In this document: positions 47,399-57,111 of the stretch, in pieces
Layout of the letters: each line of letters begins with the position of its first letter
Numbering within the stretch: position 1 is the first letter of the stretch
Assembly (NCBI GenBank): GCA_947177185.1
Contig: CAMWTJ010000004.1
Location: 32,175-96,174 of the forward strand
Length of the DNA: 64,000 nucleotides
Source: an uncultured Porphyromonadaceae bacterium
Lineage (GTDB): Bacteria > Bacteroidota > Bacteroidia > Bacteroidales > Muribaculaceae
Direction of reading: 5' to 3'
Position numbers and translations under genes: made by a program
The notes under the pieces: generated by a model
Told to the model about the DNA's origin: nothing
The model's database searches: none
What the model saw: only the letters and a program-made list of their open reading frames with translations

Positions 47399-48238
47399 CT
47401 ATTGGTTTTGTGACGGAAGGTTATACACGATTTGTTTTATGCGCTCGGCTTCGGCATCGGTCGCGCCGGCAAGGTCCTGCCAGGCAATGGGGCGCCCGCA
47501 GGTGATGGTGAAATGCGAGCCTCGGGCCGCGAATACCTCGCGCGGAAGCAGTATCATTTCGAAATTGAAACGAAAGCCCATGCGCATGCGCCTGCGCGCC
47601 GCCCGGTAAAAGCCCGGGGTGTTGTGCCCGTCGAAATGGAGCGGCACGATGTGGCGGCGGTGTTCGATGGCTTTGCGGATAAACATGCGGTTCCAGCGCA
47701 GGTCCGACACCTCGCCGTTGTCGCGGAGGCGCGACACCAGGCCGGCGGGAAACATCAGCACAGGGCCGTCGCCTTTCATGGCGTTTTCCATGCTGCGGGC
47801 CGTGCCGCGGCTTTGCGCGCCGTGGGTATTGACGGGCACGAAGCATCCGGCCAGCGGCTCCACGGCCATCAGCAGGTCGTTGACCACTACCTGCAGCTCG
47901 CAGCCGTAGTGCTCCGACAGGCTTGCTATGAGCGCCATGCCGTCGAGGCCGCCCAACGGGTGATTGCACACAAACAGCACCCGCTTCTGCTCGCGTGGAG
48001 GGAGATTCGCCGGGCACTGCAGGTCGACACTCACGTCAAGGTCGCGCAGCACGCCGCGGCAGAATTCCGAACCGCGTGCGGGGTAGTTGTTCTCAAGCAG
48101 CTCGTTCAGGCTGTCCTGGCAGATAAGCCGCTCCAGGGCCCTGCGGAGCACACCGGGCACAAAACGGCTTTTCTTCCCCAGCTTCTGCTGCAGGACTTCC
48201 TTGAGGTTTATGTGTATCGGGCCTTGGCTGTCGGACAT
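47399..48238 (-). CDS. glsA: O-acyltransferase, GlsA-like
   Basis: FVCNHPLGGLDG, VVVNDLL, MFPAGLVSR and PREVF. Confidence 0.7.
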   Translation of the reverse strand: MSDSQGPIHINLKEVLQQKLGKKSRFVPGVLRRALERLICQDSLNELLENNYPARGSEFCRGVLRDLDVSVDLQCPANLPPREQKRVLFVCNHPLGGLDGMALIASLSEHYGCELQVVVNDLLMAVEPLAGCFVPVNTHGAQSRGTARSMENAMKGDGPVLMFPAGLVSRLRDNGEVSDLRWNRMFIRKAIEHRRHIVPLHFDGHNTPGFYRAARRRMRMGFRFNFEMILLPREVFAARGSHFTITCGRPIAWQDLAGATDAEAERIKQIVYNLPSQNQ

Positions 48239-48356
48239 ATTTGCGAATTTAGCTACAAAATTAGCGAAAATTAACGGACAATAGTCTTTTCAGGCGTTAA
48301 AGCGCGTTAAATTTGTTCTGCTCGCATTTTTCGGCTAATTTTGCATCTCCGATATT

Positions 48357-49784
48357 ATGAGTGCGGATTGTCATATATTGCGTGGCGCGGCCCGAGGAGC
48401 GGTCGTCGCTTACGGTGTGCCTGCGGCAGTGTGTGTCGTAGGTGTTGCCTTGCTCTTGCTGCCCGGCGCGAGCCCGTTGCCGCTGATGTGCGGATGGCTT
48501 GTGCCTGTGTTTGCTCTGCTTGCGGCATATCGCCGGCAGCCGTGGAGCTCTGATGCCGGCAGCTGGACCTTGCTCGTGGTGTCGGTGGTCCTGGCGTTGG
48601 GTATCATACTGAATTGTCATTACTATATATGTGTAAGGGGCGATGGCAATCCCGGCGCTCCGTCGCTTGTGAACGTGGATGCCTCCAATGCGTGGAACAA
48701 TGCTCTTGCGTCCATAGGAGAGCAGCCTCCCGGCGTGCCCGAAAGTTGGCCGGCCAAAGAGTATGGACTGTTTGTGGGCCTGCTCTTGCGCCTGTTCGGC
48801 ACGGATATATGTGTGCCGTTGCTGTTCAACGCGTTTTGCGCCTTGGCGACCATTGTGCTCACTGGAGCTGTGGCGTGCGGGTGCAGCGGCGGTTCCGCAT
48901 CGGAGCGGCGCCGTGTGGCCACATGCGCTATTGTCATGGCGTCGACACTGTGCTATTTCATTGCATCAGGCATGTTGCTTATCAAGGACTGTCCGCTGGC
49001 CTTGGCTGTGGCTCTTGCCGCGTGGTGCGGACTGCGCGCGCGCCGCGGCTTTGATGCCGCCCTTGTCGCAGCGCTTGCGGTGTCGGTAGTGATTACGGTT
49101 TATTGCCGTCCGAACTATCTGCTGGCTGAAGCTGCGATTGTGGCGGCGCTCGGTGCGTGGACAGACAGAGCGGGAGCGCGGCGCACCATAGCGGTAGTGG
49201 TTTTCGTGCTGGCCGGATGGCTTGTGGCGCACGCGGTATTCCCGGTTGTGCCCTTCGAGCGTTTTGTGGATTCTACGGGTCGTGCGCTATCCGACGACCC
49301 CGGAGAAATATCCCAGCACTCATTTTACATGCGCTTGTTTCATGACTACTACGCATTTTCTTTTGCCGAGCACTGTCTGTTGCTGCCTGTCACTGCGGCC
49401 ATACAGTTTTTGATACCTCTGCCGTGGACTTGGGACAAATATCTTATGTTCGGACCCGCAATCGCGCTGGCGCATTTTTCGTTTTGCCGTTATGCAGTGG
49501 GGGCGGCAGCTATGTATTATCTCGGGGCGCAGTTTGGGCGCGGGCGTTCTTCCACGCTGCTGCTAAGGCTTTTTGTGGCTGGCGTCGCGCTGTATCTTGC
49601 CACGGCTTTCCAGTTTGGGGGCACTGTGTCGCGCTACGGCATACCGCTGGTTTCGCTGCTTGTTCCGGGAGCAGCCTATGCGTGGTGTAGCTACCGTCGC
49701 CGCCGTTCGTTTGTGGTATGGATGTGCCTGTTTGCGACGGCCATGGCCGTGTTGCTGTCTGTGTGCTATTATCTCACAATATAA
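48357..49784 (+). CDS. Polytopic membrane protein (Wzy polymerase / GT-C-like)
   Basis: About 11-12 hydrophobic segments with two large loops; LLIKD and RY motifs; glycan-gene context. Confidence 0.5.
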   Translation: MSADCHILRGAARGAVVAYGVPAAVCVVGVALLLLPGASPLPLMCGWLVPVFALLAAYRRQPWSSDAGSWTLLVVSVVLALGIILNCHYYICVRGDGNPGAPSLVNVDASNAWNNALASIGEQPPGVPESWPAKEYGLFVGLLLRLFGTDICVPLLFNAFCALATIVLTGAVACGCSGGSASERRRVATCAIVMASTLCYFIASGMLLIKDCPLALAVALAAWCGLRARRGFDAALVAALAVSVVITVYCRPNYLLAEAAIVAALGAWTDRAGARRTIAVVVFVLAGWLVAHAVFPVVPFERFVDSTGRALSDDPGEISQHSFYMRLFHDYYAFSFAEHCLLLPVTAAIQFLIPLPWTWDKYLMFGPAIALAHFSFCRYAVGAAAMYYLGAQFGRGRSSTLLLRLFVAGVALYLATAFQFGGTVSRYGIPLVSLLVPGAAYAWCSYRRRRSFVVWMCLFATAMAVLLSVCYYLTI

Positions 49785-49787
49785 AAT

Positions 49788-50633
49788 ATGAAAACAAGCG
49801 ATAAAATAGCCAAGGCTTTCAGCGATGCCGGTTCTTCGCTGAAGAGCATTGCGAAAATTGCGTTGCTGAGCCGGCGCTGCACCATAAGCCGGCGCGACGC
49901 CGCGCACGGCGATGCGCTTATAATACTCGGCAACGGTCCGTCTTTGCGTCAGACCATAGAGCGCCGGTCGGATGCGCTAAAGTGCAACCCTTCGCTTGCC
50001 GTGAATTTCGCCGCCAATACGGCTGAGTTCGGTGTGCTCCGGCCGAAGTATTATGTGATGGCCGACCCGCATTTCTTCAGGTCTGACGAGCCGAACGTGT
50101 GCAGTCTGTGGCGCAATTTGTCGGAGGTGGACTGGCCGATGACGTTGTACGTGCCGTCGCCGCAGCGCATGTCGGTACAGCGGCGCGTTCCGAATCTGAA
50201 AGTGGAAGGCTTCAACGCAGTGGGTGCCGACGGATGGCGGTGGCTAAGGCATGCAGCCTATCGCAGCGGACTTGCTATGCCGCGTCCGCGCAACGTGCTC
50301 ATTCCGTCGATTATGATTGCCATAAAAGCCGGTTTCAGGCGCATATATCTCGTGGGTGCCGACCACTCCTGGCTTAAAACCCTGAGCGTGGGCGACGACA
50401 ATGCGGTGCTGAGCATCCAACCGCATTTTTACGAAGACGACAAGCGGGAGCTTGCTCGTTCGGCTACGGAATACCGCGGCTACCGTCTGCACGAGGTGCT
50501 GGGGGGCTTTACGATGGCTTTCCGCAGCTACCATCAGATAGCCGAATACGCCGCAGCATCGGGGGTGCAGATATTCAACTCCACTCCGGGCAGTTTCATT
50601 GATGCGTTTGAGCGTCGCGAAATTGATTTATAG
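49788..50633 (+). CDS. MptE-like/DUF115 glycosyltransferase-like protein
   Basis: IILGNGPSL, LAVN, KYYVMADPHFF, IYLVGADHSW, HFY and IFNST. Confidence 0.65.
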   Translation: MKTSDKIAKAFSDAGSSLKSIAKIALLSRRCTISRRDAAHGDALIILGNGPSLRQTIERRSDALKCNPSLAVNFAANTAEFGVLRPKYYVMADPHFFRSDEPNVCSLWRNLSEVDWPMTLYVPSPQRMSVQRRVPNLKVEGFNAVGADGWRWLRHAAYRSGLAMPRPRNVLIPSIMIAIKAGFRRIYLVGADHSWLKTLSVGDDNAVLSIQPHFYEDDKRELARSATEYRGYRLHEVLGGFTMAFRSYHQIAEYAAASGVQIFNSTPGSFIDAFERREIDL

Positions 50634-50700
50634 GCCCCCTGTGAGCAGGTGGGCGATGTCGTGTCCCGGCCGGTGATTGATTGCGCGCCGGGCATATGGC

Positions 50701-50732
50701 AAAAGAGCCGCTCCTCACGAAGCGGCTCTTTT
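50701..50732. terminator. Bidirectional Rho-independent terminator
   Basis: Perfect 12-bp stem AAAAGAGCCGCT/AGCGGCTCTTTT, 8-nt loop. Confidence 0.85.
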
Positions 50733-50836
50733 ATTATGTGTCTCTAACACTAAATACCTAAAACCATTAAAATCCTTTTTACAATCTTGTTTTAACCTTA
50801 TCAGAACCTAAAATCTTAGTCCTAACAATTATTTAC
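50701..50836 (-). ncRNA. Candidate intergenic sRNA B (about 135 nt)
   Basis: TAATTTTG (50848-50841) with GTTG 19 nt upstream; no ORF longer than 5 codons; repeated AGG motifs; ends at the terminator. Confidence 0.45.
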
Positions 50837-50984
50837 ATTGCAAAATTAGCATCAATTGCGCCATGGACAACGAGTGCATGAAGCAAATATAAATAAAATT
50901 AAGCGTAAGATTTATTTAAATAACTGATAAGTAATAGATTGATGCTGTGGTGGTGCTGCCGAAATATAAACCGAAATATAGGTG

Positions 50985-51722
50985 TCAATCGCAGTTTTCG
51001 CCGCAATTTATGGCGCTGTTTTCTTCGCTTGTGCCGATTTCGGGATGCTCGTGCAACATTTCCAGCAGCTTTTTGCGAGAGTCGAATACGACACCCGAGG
51101 GCCCGAACGACTGCACCCCGAAATCCTTCATGCGGTTGAGCGCCTCAACGAGGGCCGAGCGCTGCACGCCCCATATGGCGCACAGATTGCGCATCGGGCA
51201 CTCTATGGCGAGGTTTTCGCCCGAGGCCTGTGTCAGCGCCACAACCCAAAACGCGATGCGCTCCTCAAGCGACCCCGAGGTCATGGACATAAGGCCCACG
51301 ACGCTCTTCTGCGCGTTCATGGACACAATGTTCAGGTAGTTGAACATAAACACCGGGTCGGAATTGAGTATTTTAAGATAGTCGGACTTGCTTATCTGGA
51401 GTATGCCGGTGGCCTCGAGGGCTGTTGCGGTGCAGGGGTAGTTGGTGGCGCGTCCGAACAGAAAGTCGGGCGCAATCACGTCGGGTGCACGCAGGGTCTG
51501 CGACACAGCGATACGACCGTTGCGGTTGGTGGTGGTGAGCCTTACAGAGCCGCTTATTACAAAAGTGATGTGTGTGCATGGCTCGCCAGCCTTCACCACG
51601 GTAGCGCCTTCAGGGTATTTTAGAAAATGGAATTTCGATGCTCCGGCGGTTTTTTTTATGGTTTCTTTGCTCACACCGCGAAAAAGCGGAAGTTCCATCA
51701 GAAGATCGAACATGCTGTTCAT
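50985..51722 (-). CDS. Crp/Fnr-family transcriptional regulator
   Basis: LPLFRG, cNMP-binding pattern GEPCTHITFVISGSV...APDFLFG...YPCTATA, LEERIAFW; start refined to 51722. Confidence 0.85.
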   Translation of the reverse strand: MNSMFDLLMELPLFRGVSKETIKKTAGASKFHFLKYPEGATVVKAGEPCTHITFVISGSVRLTTTNRNGRIAVSQTLRAPDVIAPDFLFGRATNYPCTATALEATGILQISKSDYLKILNSDPVFMFNYLNIVSMNAQKSVVGLMSMTSGSLEERIAFWVVALTQASGENLAIECPMRNLCAIWGVQRSALVEALNRMKDFGVQSFGPSGVVFDSRKKLLEMLHEHPEIGTSEENSAINCGENCD

Positions 51723-51910
51723 ATGCGTAGAATTATCGTATAAGATATTAACACTGCACGGCTCGCTAAGTTTGCTGCGCACACTTTTTTCGTCCTGCAA
51801 AGTTACTTATTTTTCCGTTTGCAGCGAAAAATGCGCGCAAACACTTGACAACGGCCTGAAAATTCATTAATTTTGCATGTTTTTAGGTTTGCAGAAGCCC
51901 CCGAAGAGCA

Positions 51911-52786
51911 ATGTCCAAGAAAAGATCATTACATATCAGTGTGTTCGGTGCGCGCGCCACTTCCGTGGTGAGTGTCGCGTTGGTTCTTATCCTTTTGGGG
52001 CTCGCCGCCTTGATTACTGTTTCCGCCCGCCGTGCCACCGACGATGTGCGCCGCGACATGGGCTTCACGGTGAAAATGCAGCGCGACGCGTCAGCCGGCA
52101 ATGTCAACGCCGTCAAGAAAGCACTTGCGGGGGCGGCATATGCTGAATCGTTCGTGTACGCGAGCGCCGACGACATTCTCGCCCAGGAAGCGGAACTGAT
52201 AGGTGAGGACATCATGCAGCTTGTCGATGAAAACCCTTATGGCGCGGAGTTTGATGTGCGCCTGCGTCCCGAGTGGGCTTGTGGCGATAGTATTGCTGTT
52301 GTCGTTTGTGGCCTTGAGGCAATAGAGGGCGTGGACGAGGTTCTTACCGACACGGCAGTTATCGATACGATAAACAACAACATAACGCGCCTGACGTGGA
52401 TAATGCTCGCAGTGGCGGCGGCGTTATTGGTGATATCGTTTGTGCTGATAAACAACACGGTGAGCCTCGCTGTATATTCCCGCCGATTTGTGATTCATAC
52501 CATGCGCCTTGTCGGGGCCACCGGCGCGTTCATTCGCAGGCCTTTCCTTGCTGCCGGCGCCATGACCGGCCTTGTGGCGGCTGTGGCGGCATCTGCTGTG
52601 CTCGCAGCCGTGCAGGCCTACGTGATGCGTATGGATCCGGCTGTCGCTGCTACTCTTGACTGGCGGGCGAGTGCCCTGATATATGCGGCCCTCGCTGTGG
52701 CCGGTGTGTTGATATGCCTGATAGCGTCGGTAGTGGCTACCAACCGCTATCTGCGCAGCGATATCGACGATTATTATATGAACTAA
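51911..52786 (+). CDS. ftsX: FtsX-like cell-division permease
   Basis: TSVVSVALVLILLG, GENP-like ENPY and ISFVLINNTVSLAVYSRRFVIHTMRLVGAT. Confidence 0.85.
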   Translation: MSKKRSLHISVFGARATSVVSVALVLILLGLAALITVSARRATDDVRRDMGFTVKMQRDASAGNVNAVKKALAGAAYAESFVYASADDILAQEAELIGEDIMQLVDENPYGAEFDVRLRPEWACGDSIAVVVCGLEAIEGVDEVLTDTAVIDTINNNITRLTWIMLAVAAALLVISFVLINNTVSLAVYSRRFVIHTMRLVGATGAFIRRPFLAAGAMTGLVAAVAASAVLAAVQAYVMRMDPAVAATLDWRASALIYAALAVAGVLICLIASVVATNRYLRSDIDDYYMN

Positions 52787-52801
52787 CAATTCCGTAAGCA
52801 T

Positions 52802-53074
52802 ATGGAATCAAAGAAGAAAAATGATGCTATAAAGCGCGAGAACGAGAGCGAAAAGCCCTTGATGCGCAACAATTTTATCGCCATGGCAGTGGCCGGCGCG
52901 CTTATCGTGCTCGGCTTTGTACTGATGCTCGGCGGCAGTACTACCGAAACCGAGTTCAACCCCGATATTTTCAGCACTCGCCGTATAGTAATAGGTCCGG
53001 CGCTTGCGTTCATTGGATTTGTAGCCATGGCTGTAGCCATAGTGTTAAAACCTCGCAGCAAACAGAATAAATAA
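52802..53074 (+). CDS. DUF3098-family membrane protein
   Basis: NFIAMAVAG...LMLGG...FNPDIFSTRRIVIGP; position between ftsX and uppP. Confidence 0.85.
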   Translation: MESKKKNDAIKRENESEKPLMRNNFIAMAVAGALIVLGFVLMLGGSTTETEFNPDIFSTRRIVIGPALAFIGFVAMAVAIVLKPRSKQNK

Positions 53075-53916
53075 TGGAATGGCTTGACGCATTGCTGCTC
53101 GGCATAATACAGGGCCTGTCGGAATACCTGCCCGTTTCCAGCAGCGGACATCTCGAAATTTTCAAGCAGATACTCGGAGTGGAGCTGAACCCTGACGCTT
53201 CGCTTGAGTTCAGTGTTATGCTTCACGTGGCCACGGTGCTCAGCACTATCGTGATACTGTGGCGCGAATTTTGGCCGCTGTGCGTTTCGTTCTTTACGTT
53301 TCGCCGCGACTACAATTTCTATTATGTGTGCAAGATTCTGCTGTCGTGCATCCCGGTGGGCATAGTCGGCGTGTGCTTTAAAAAGCAGATTTCCACGCTT
53401 TTTGAAGGCAATCTTACCATAGTGGGCGTTTGTCTGATGGTCACCGCCGCACTGCTGTGCTTCGCTTATTTCTCGCGCACCCGTCAGGCGATGCTTGCTC
53501 CAGCGGCCCATCAGGGACGCGACATCTCGTGGCGCGACGCCATAATTATAGGTGCCGCGCAGGCTGTGGCCGTGCTGCCAGGCCTGTCCCGCTCGGGCAC
53601 TACTATCGCTACCGGCATAATTTTAGGCGACGACCGTGAGAAGGTTGCCCGTTTTTCGTTTCTGATGGTTATTATACCGATTCTCGGCGAAGGACTGCTC
53701 GACATAAAGGATATGCTGGCTCCTGCGACGGACGCAGTGGCGGCCGGAGGGTCTGTCGGCGCCATGTCGCTAATTATCGGCTTTGTCGCATCATTTGTTG
53801 TGGGATGTATAGCCTGCCGCTGGATGCTTGATATAATAAAGAAAGGCAAGCTCGTATGGTTTGCAGCCTATTGCGTGGCAGCCGGACTCCTGTGCCTTGT
53901 TTATCCGCTGTTCTGA
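53074..53916 (+). CDS. uppP: Undecaprenyl-diphosphate phosphatase
   Basis: IQGLSEYLPVSSSGHL, LPGLSRSGTTI and FSFLMVIIPILG. Confidence 0.92.
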   Translation: MEWLDALLLGIIQGLSEYLPVSSSGHLEIFKQILGVELNPDASLEFSVMLHVATVLSTIVILWREFWPLCVSFFTFRRDYNFYYVCKILLSCIPVGIVGVCFKKQISTLFEGNLTIVGVCLMVTAALLCFAYFSRTRQAMLAPAAHQGRDISWRDAIIIGAAQAVAVLPGLSRSGTTIATGIILGDDREKVARFSFLMVIIPILGEGLLDIKDMLAPATDAVAAGGSVGAMSLIIGFVASFVVGCIACRWMLDIIKKGKLVWFAAYCVAAGLLCLVYPLF

Positions 53917-53920
53917 TATT

Positions 53921-54655
53921 ATGGATTTCATTTCAGGCGCGGTGCTTTGCATAGACAAGCCTTTGGGCTGGACGTCGTTCGACGCTGTCAAGCGCGTGCG
54001 CGGCGCGCTCACGCGCCGCCTAGGCGTGCGTAGGCTGAAAGTGGGACATGCCGGCACGCTCGACCCCTTGGCCACAGGAGTGATGATAGTGTGCACGGGA
54101 CGCGCCACCAAACGAATTGAAGAGCTGCAGGCCGGCGAGAAAGAATACGTGGCCACAATGGCCCTTGGCGCCACGACCCCGAGTTTTGATCTTGAAACCG
54201 AGGTGGACGCCACATATCCTACCGCGCACATAACGCGTGAGGCGGTGGAGCGTGTGCTGAGCAGCTTTACCGGCCACATACAGCAGGTGCCACCGGCATT
54301 TTCGGCTTGTAAGGTCGACGGCAAGCGTGCTTACAAAAGCGCGCGCGCAGGCCAGGAAGTGGAACTGAAACCGCGTGCGCTCTTCATTGCCGAGCTTGAA
54401 TTGCTGGAATACTCGCCCGAGAGCATCACGGTGCGTGTGGTCTGCAGCAAGGGCACTTATATAAGAGCGCTCGCGCGCGACATCGGCGTCGCGCTCGGGT
54501 CCGGCGCCCATCTCACGGCGCTGCGGCGCACACGGGTAGGGGATATATCCATAGCCGATTGTGTGAGCGTGCAGCAGGCTGCCGACATCATAGCCAGTGT
54601 GCCCGTGGAGTTTCCCGACTGGTACGACGGCCCGCGCAAGGAGCAGGGAGCGTGA
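53921..54655 (+). CDS. truB: tRNA pseudouridine(55) synthase
   Basis: DKPLGWTSFD, KVGHAGTLDPLATG and CSKGTYIRALARD. Confidence 0.95.
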   Translation: MDFISGAVLCIDKPLGWTSFDAVKRVRGALTRRLGVRRLKVGHAGTLDPLATGVMIVCTGRATKRIEELQAGEKEYVATMALGATTPSFDLETEVDATYPTAHITREAVERVLSSFTGHIQQVPPAFSACKVDGKRAYKSARAGQEVELKPRALFIAELELLEYSPESITVRVVCSKGTYIRALARDIGVALGSGAHLTALRRTRVGDISIADCVSVQQAADIIASVPVEFPDWYDGPRKEQGA

Positions 54656-54723
54656 CGCTCGCCCGCGCCTACTCTCTCTTCCTATAAATCATAAACCAAA
54701 ATCACAGACATAATAAAAGCAAT

Positions 54724-55773
54724 ATGAAGCTTTCGCAATTCAAATACCGCCTCCCCGAGGAGCTGATAGCGCAGCATCCCGCCGAGCACCGCGACGAGTC
54801 GCGCATGATGGTACTTCACCGCCGCACAGGCGAGATTGAGCATCGTCTGTTCAAAGACATACTTAATTATTTCGACGACGGCGACGTCATGGTGTTCAAC
54901 GACACCAAGGTGTTTCCGGCGTTGCTTTACGGCAATAAAGAAAAGACCGGCGCGCGCATCGAGGTGTTTCTGCTGCGCGAGCTGAACGCAGATATAAAAC
55001 TTTGGGATGTGCTCGTGGAGCCTGCCCGCAAGATACGCATCGGCAACAAACTGTATTTCGGCGACGACGAGTCGATGGTGGCGGAGGTCATAGACAACAC
55101 CACCTCGCGCGGTCGCACGCTGCGTTTCCTTTACGACGGACCGCGCGAAGCCTTCAAGCGCGATCTCTACGCCCTCGGCCATACGCCGCTTCCCGAATAC
55201 ATCAAGCGTGAGCCGGAGGAAGAGGATGCAGAAAGATATCAGTGCATATTTGCCCGCAACGAAGGCGCTGTGGTGGCACCCGCTGCCGGCACGCATTTCT
55301 CCCGCGAGCTGCTCAAACGCCTTGAAATCAAAGGCGTCGGCCAGGCTTTCCTAACGGAGCACAGCGGTCTGGGCAATTTCCGCGAGATTGATGTCGAGGA
55401 CCTTACCAAGCACAGGATGGATTCCGAGCAGCTGATAGTGTCGCAACAGCTTGTCGATACGGTCAATGCAGCAAAGGACGCGGAGAAGCAAGTATGCGCC
55501 GTGGGCACAAGTGTGCTCCGAGGCATGGCTACGGCTGTGAGCATGGGCGGCCATCTGCAGACCTATGACGGCTGGACCAACAAATTCATATTCCCGCCGT
55601 ACGATTTCACGGTGGCGACGTCGCTGGTGAGCAATTTCCACATGCCTTATTCCACCATGCTTATGATGGTGGCCGCTTTCGGCGGCTATGATGAGGTGAT
55701 GCACGCATATTCGGAAGCGGTCAAGGAGCATTATCGTTTCGGCGCCTATGGCGACGCCATGCTTATAATATGA
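54724..55773 (+). CDS. queA: S-adenosylmethionine:tRNA ribosyltransferase-isomerase
   Basis: [40 protein letters not shown] and [12 protein letters not shown]. Confidence 0.95.
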   Translation: MKLSQFKYRLPEELIAQHPAEHRDESRMMVLHRRTGEIEHRLFKDILNYFDDGDVMVFNDTKVFPALLYGNKEKTGARIEVFLLRELNADIKLWDVLVEPARKIRIGNKLYFGDDESMVAEVIDNTTSRGRTLRFLYDGPREAFKRDLYALGHTPLPEYIKREPEEEDAERYQCIFARNEGAVVAPAAGTHFSRELLKRLEIKGVGQAFLTEHSGLGNFREIDVEDLTKHRMDSEQLIVSQQLVDTVNAAKDAEKQVCAVGTSVLRGMATAVSMGGHLQTYDGWTNKFIFPPYDFTVATSLVSNFHMPYSTMLMMVAAFGGYDEVMHAYSEAVKEHYRFGAYGDAMLII

Positions 55774-56051
55774 CGAGCGGTTCCGATATAATATCGCGCG
55801 CGGCTGCTGCCGCCGGCATAGGAGGAGAGGCGGGGCGCGCTGTTGCCGCTGCTATTGCTTCGGCCATACGCGAGCGCTGCTCGCAGCTCGACACTATTGC
55901 GATTCCGGGCTTTGGAAACTTTGTGCCGGTCAAGACCGACGAGCACATTGTGGCGGAGCCCGACGGTTCGCGCGTGCTTGTGCCGCCGCATGTGGCTCTT
56001 ACGTTCAATCCCGGCAGCATGCTGCGCAAACGTCTGTCGGCCAATGAATAG
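55770..56051 (+). CDS. HU/IHF-like DNA-binding protein (divergent)
   Basis: IAIPGFGNF, arm with [18 protein letters not shown]. Confidence 0.75.
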   Translation: MTSGSDIISRAAAAAGIGGEAGRAVAAAIASAIRERCSQLDTIAIPGFGNFVPVKTDEHIVAEPDGSRVLVPPHVALTFNPGSMLRKRLSANE

Positions 56052-57111
56052 CACAGTCACTCTACCCGAGCTGTCCGCTATCGTCGCGCGTGCGGCGGCC
56101 ACGGACAGCGATACTGCAACGCGCTTTATCCTTGAACTGGTGGCGCAGATAGAGTCGGCGCTCGCTGCCGGAGGCCCGGCTGAGGTGGATGGTATCGGTG
56201 TATTCGCACGCGATGCCGTGTCCGGCCGAGTGACGTTTACGCCCGACGCCGGACTGGCGGACGCTGTGAACGCGCCATTCTCGCTCTTTGAGCCGGTAGT
56301 TCTCCCGCAGAGTGCTCCGCAGGATGTGCTGGACGACGATCGCGATGCGACGGTGGCCGCCGTGGCAGACAGCGTCGCGTCCGAAGCGGAGGACGAGGTA
56401 GAGCGCGCGGAGTCTGTCGCCACAGCCGACGCTTCGGATGCTGCCGAAGCATGCGCGGCAGACAGCGATACGGCAGTCGACGACGAGGCTGCCGCGCCCG
56501 AACCGGCGCCCGAAGCCGAACCGGCTGCGCACACCGACGATACGGCGCCGTCGGCGGCGACTGAGCCGTCGGCCCCGCATTATTACGACGACGAATATGA
56601 AAGCACGGGCGGCGGAGCTACGCTGCTTCCGTGGCTCACGGCTTTGCTGGGCATTATCATAGGCATGGGTGCAGGCTACTGGATAGGCACCCGCTATGGA
56701 GCTCCTGCAGTGGTGGTCACGCAGACGGTGCAGGCTACAGACTGCATTTCGGAAAACGCTGCTGCGGCGACGCCGCAGGATTCTGATGCAGCCGACACGC
56801 TGCGGGTGGTCATTTCAGCGCCCGAGGCAGAGCAAGCACCCAAGCAGCCTGCGAAGGCGGCCGAGCCGGTCTACGACACTGTTTCCACCTCGCGCTTCCT
56901 CACTACAATCGCACGCGACCACTATGGCCGCAAGGACTATTGGGTGTTTATCTACGAGGCTAATACCGACATCCTGCGCCATCCGAACCGCATACCTCCG
57001 GGCACGCGTGTCGTGGTGCCCGACCTTGGCGACCATGCGGCGCTCGACGCTGCTACACGTGCGCGCGCACGAGAGCTCGCGCGTGAAATTTACAACCGCT
57101 ACGATATGTAG
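56044..57111 (+). CDS. HU-like N-domain, acidic linker, TM, LysM-like C-domain
   Basis: AEVDGIGVF...VTFTPDAGLADAVNAPF; TM WLTALLGIIIGMGAGYWIG; FLTTIARDHYG...WVFIYEAN...NRIPPGTRVVVP. Confidence 0.7.
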   Translation: MNSTVTLPELSAIVARAAATDSDTATRFILELVAQIESALAAGGPAEVDGIGVFARDAVSGRVTFTPDAGLADAVNAPFSLFEPVVLPQSAPQDVLDDDRDATVAAVADSVASEAEDEVERAESVATADASDAAEACAADSDTAVDDEAAAPEPAPEAEPAAHTDDTAPSAATEPSAPHYYDDEYESTGGGATLLPWLTALLGIIIGMGAGYWIGTRYGAPAVVVTQTVQATDCISENAAAATPQDSDAADTLRVVISAPEAEQAPKQPAKAAEPVYDTVSTSRFLTTIARDHYGRKDYWVFIYEANTDILRHPNRIPPGTRVVVPDLGDHAALDAATRARARELAREIYNRYDM

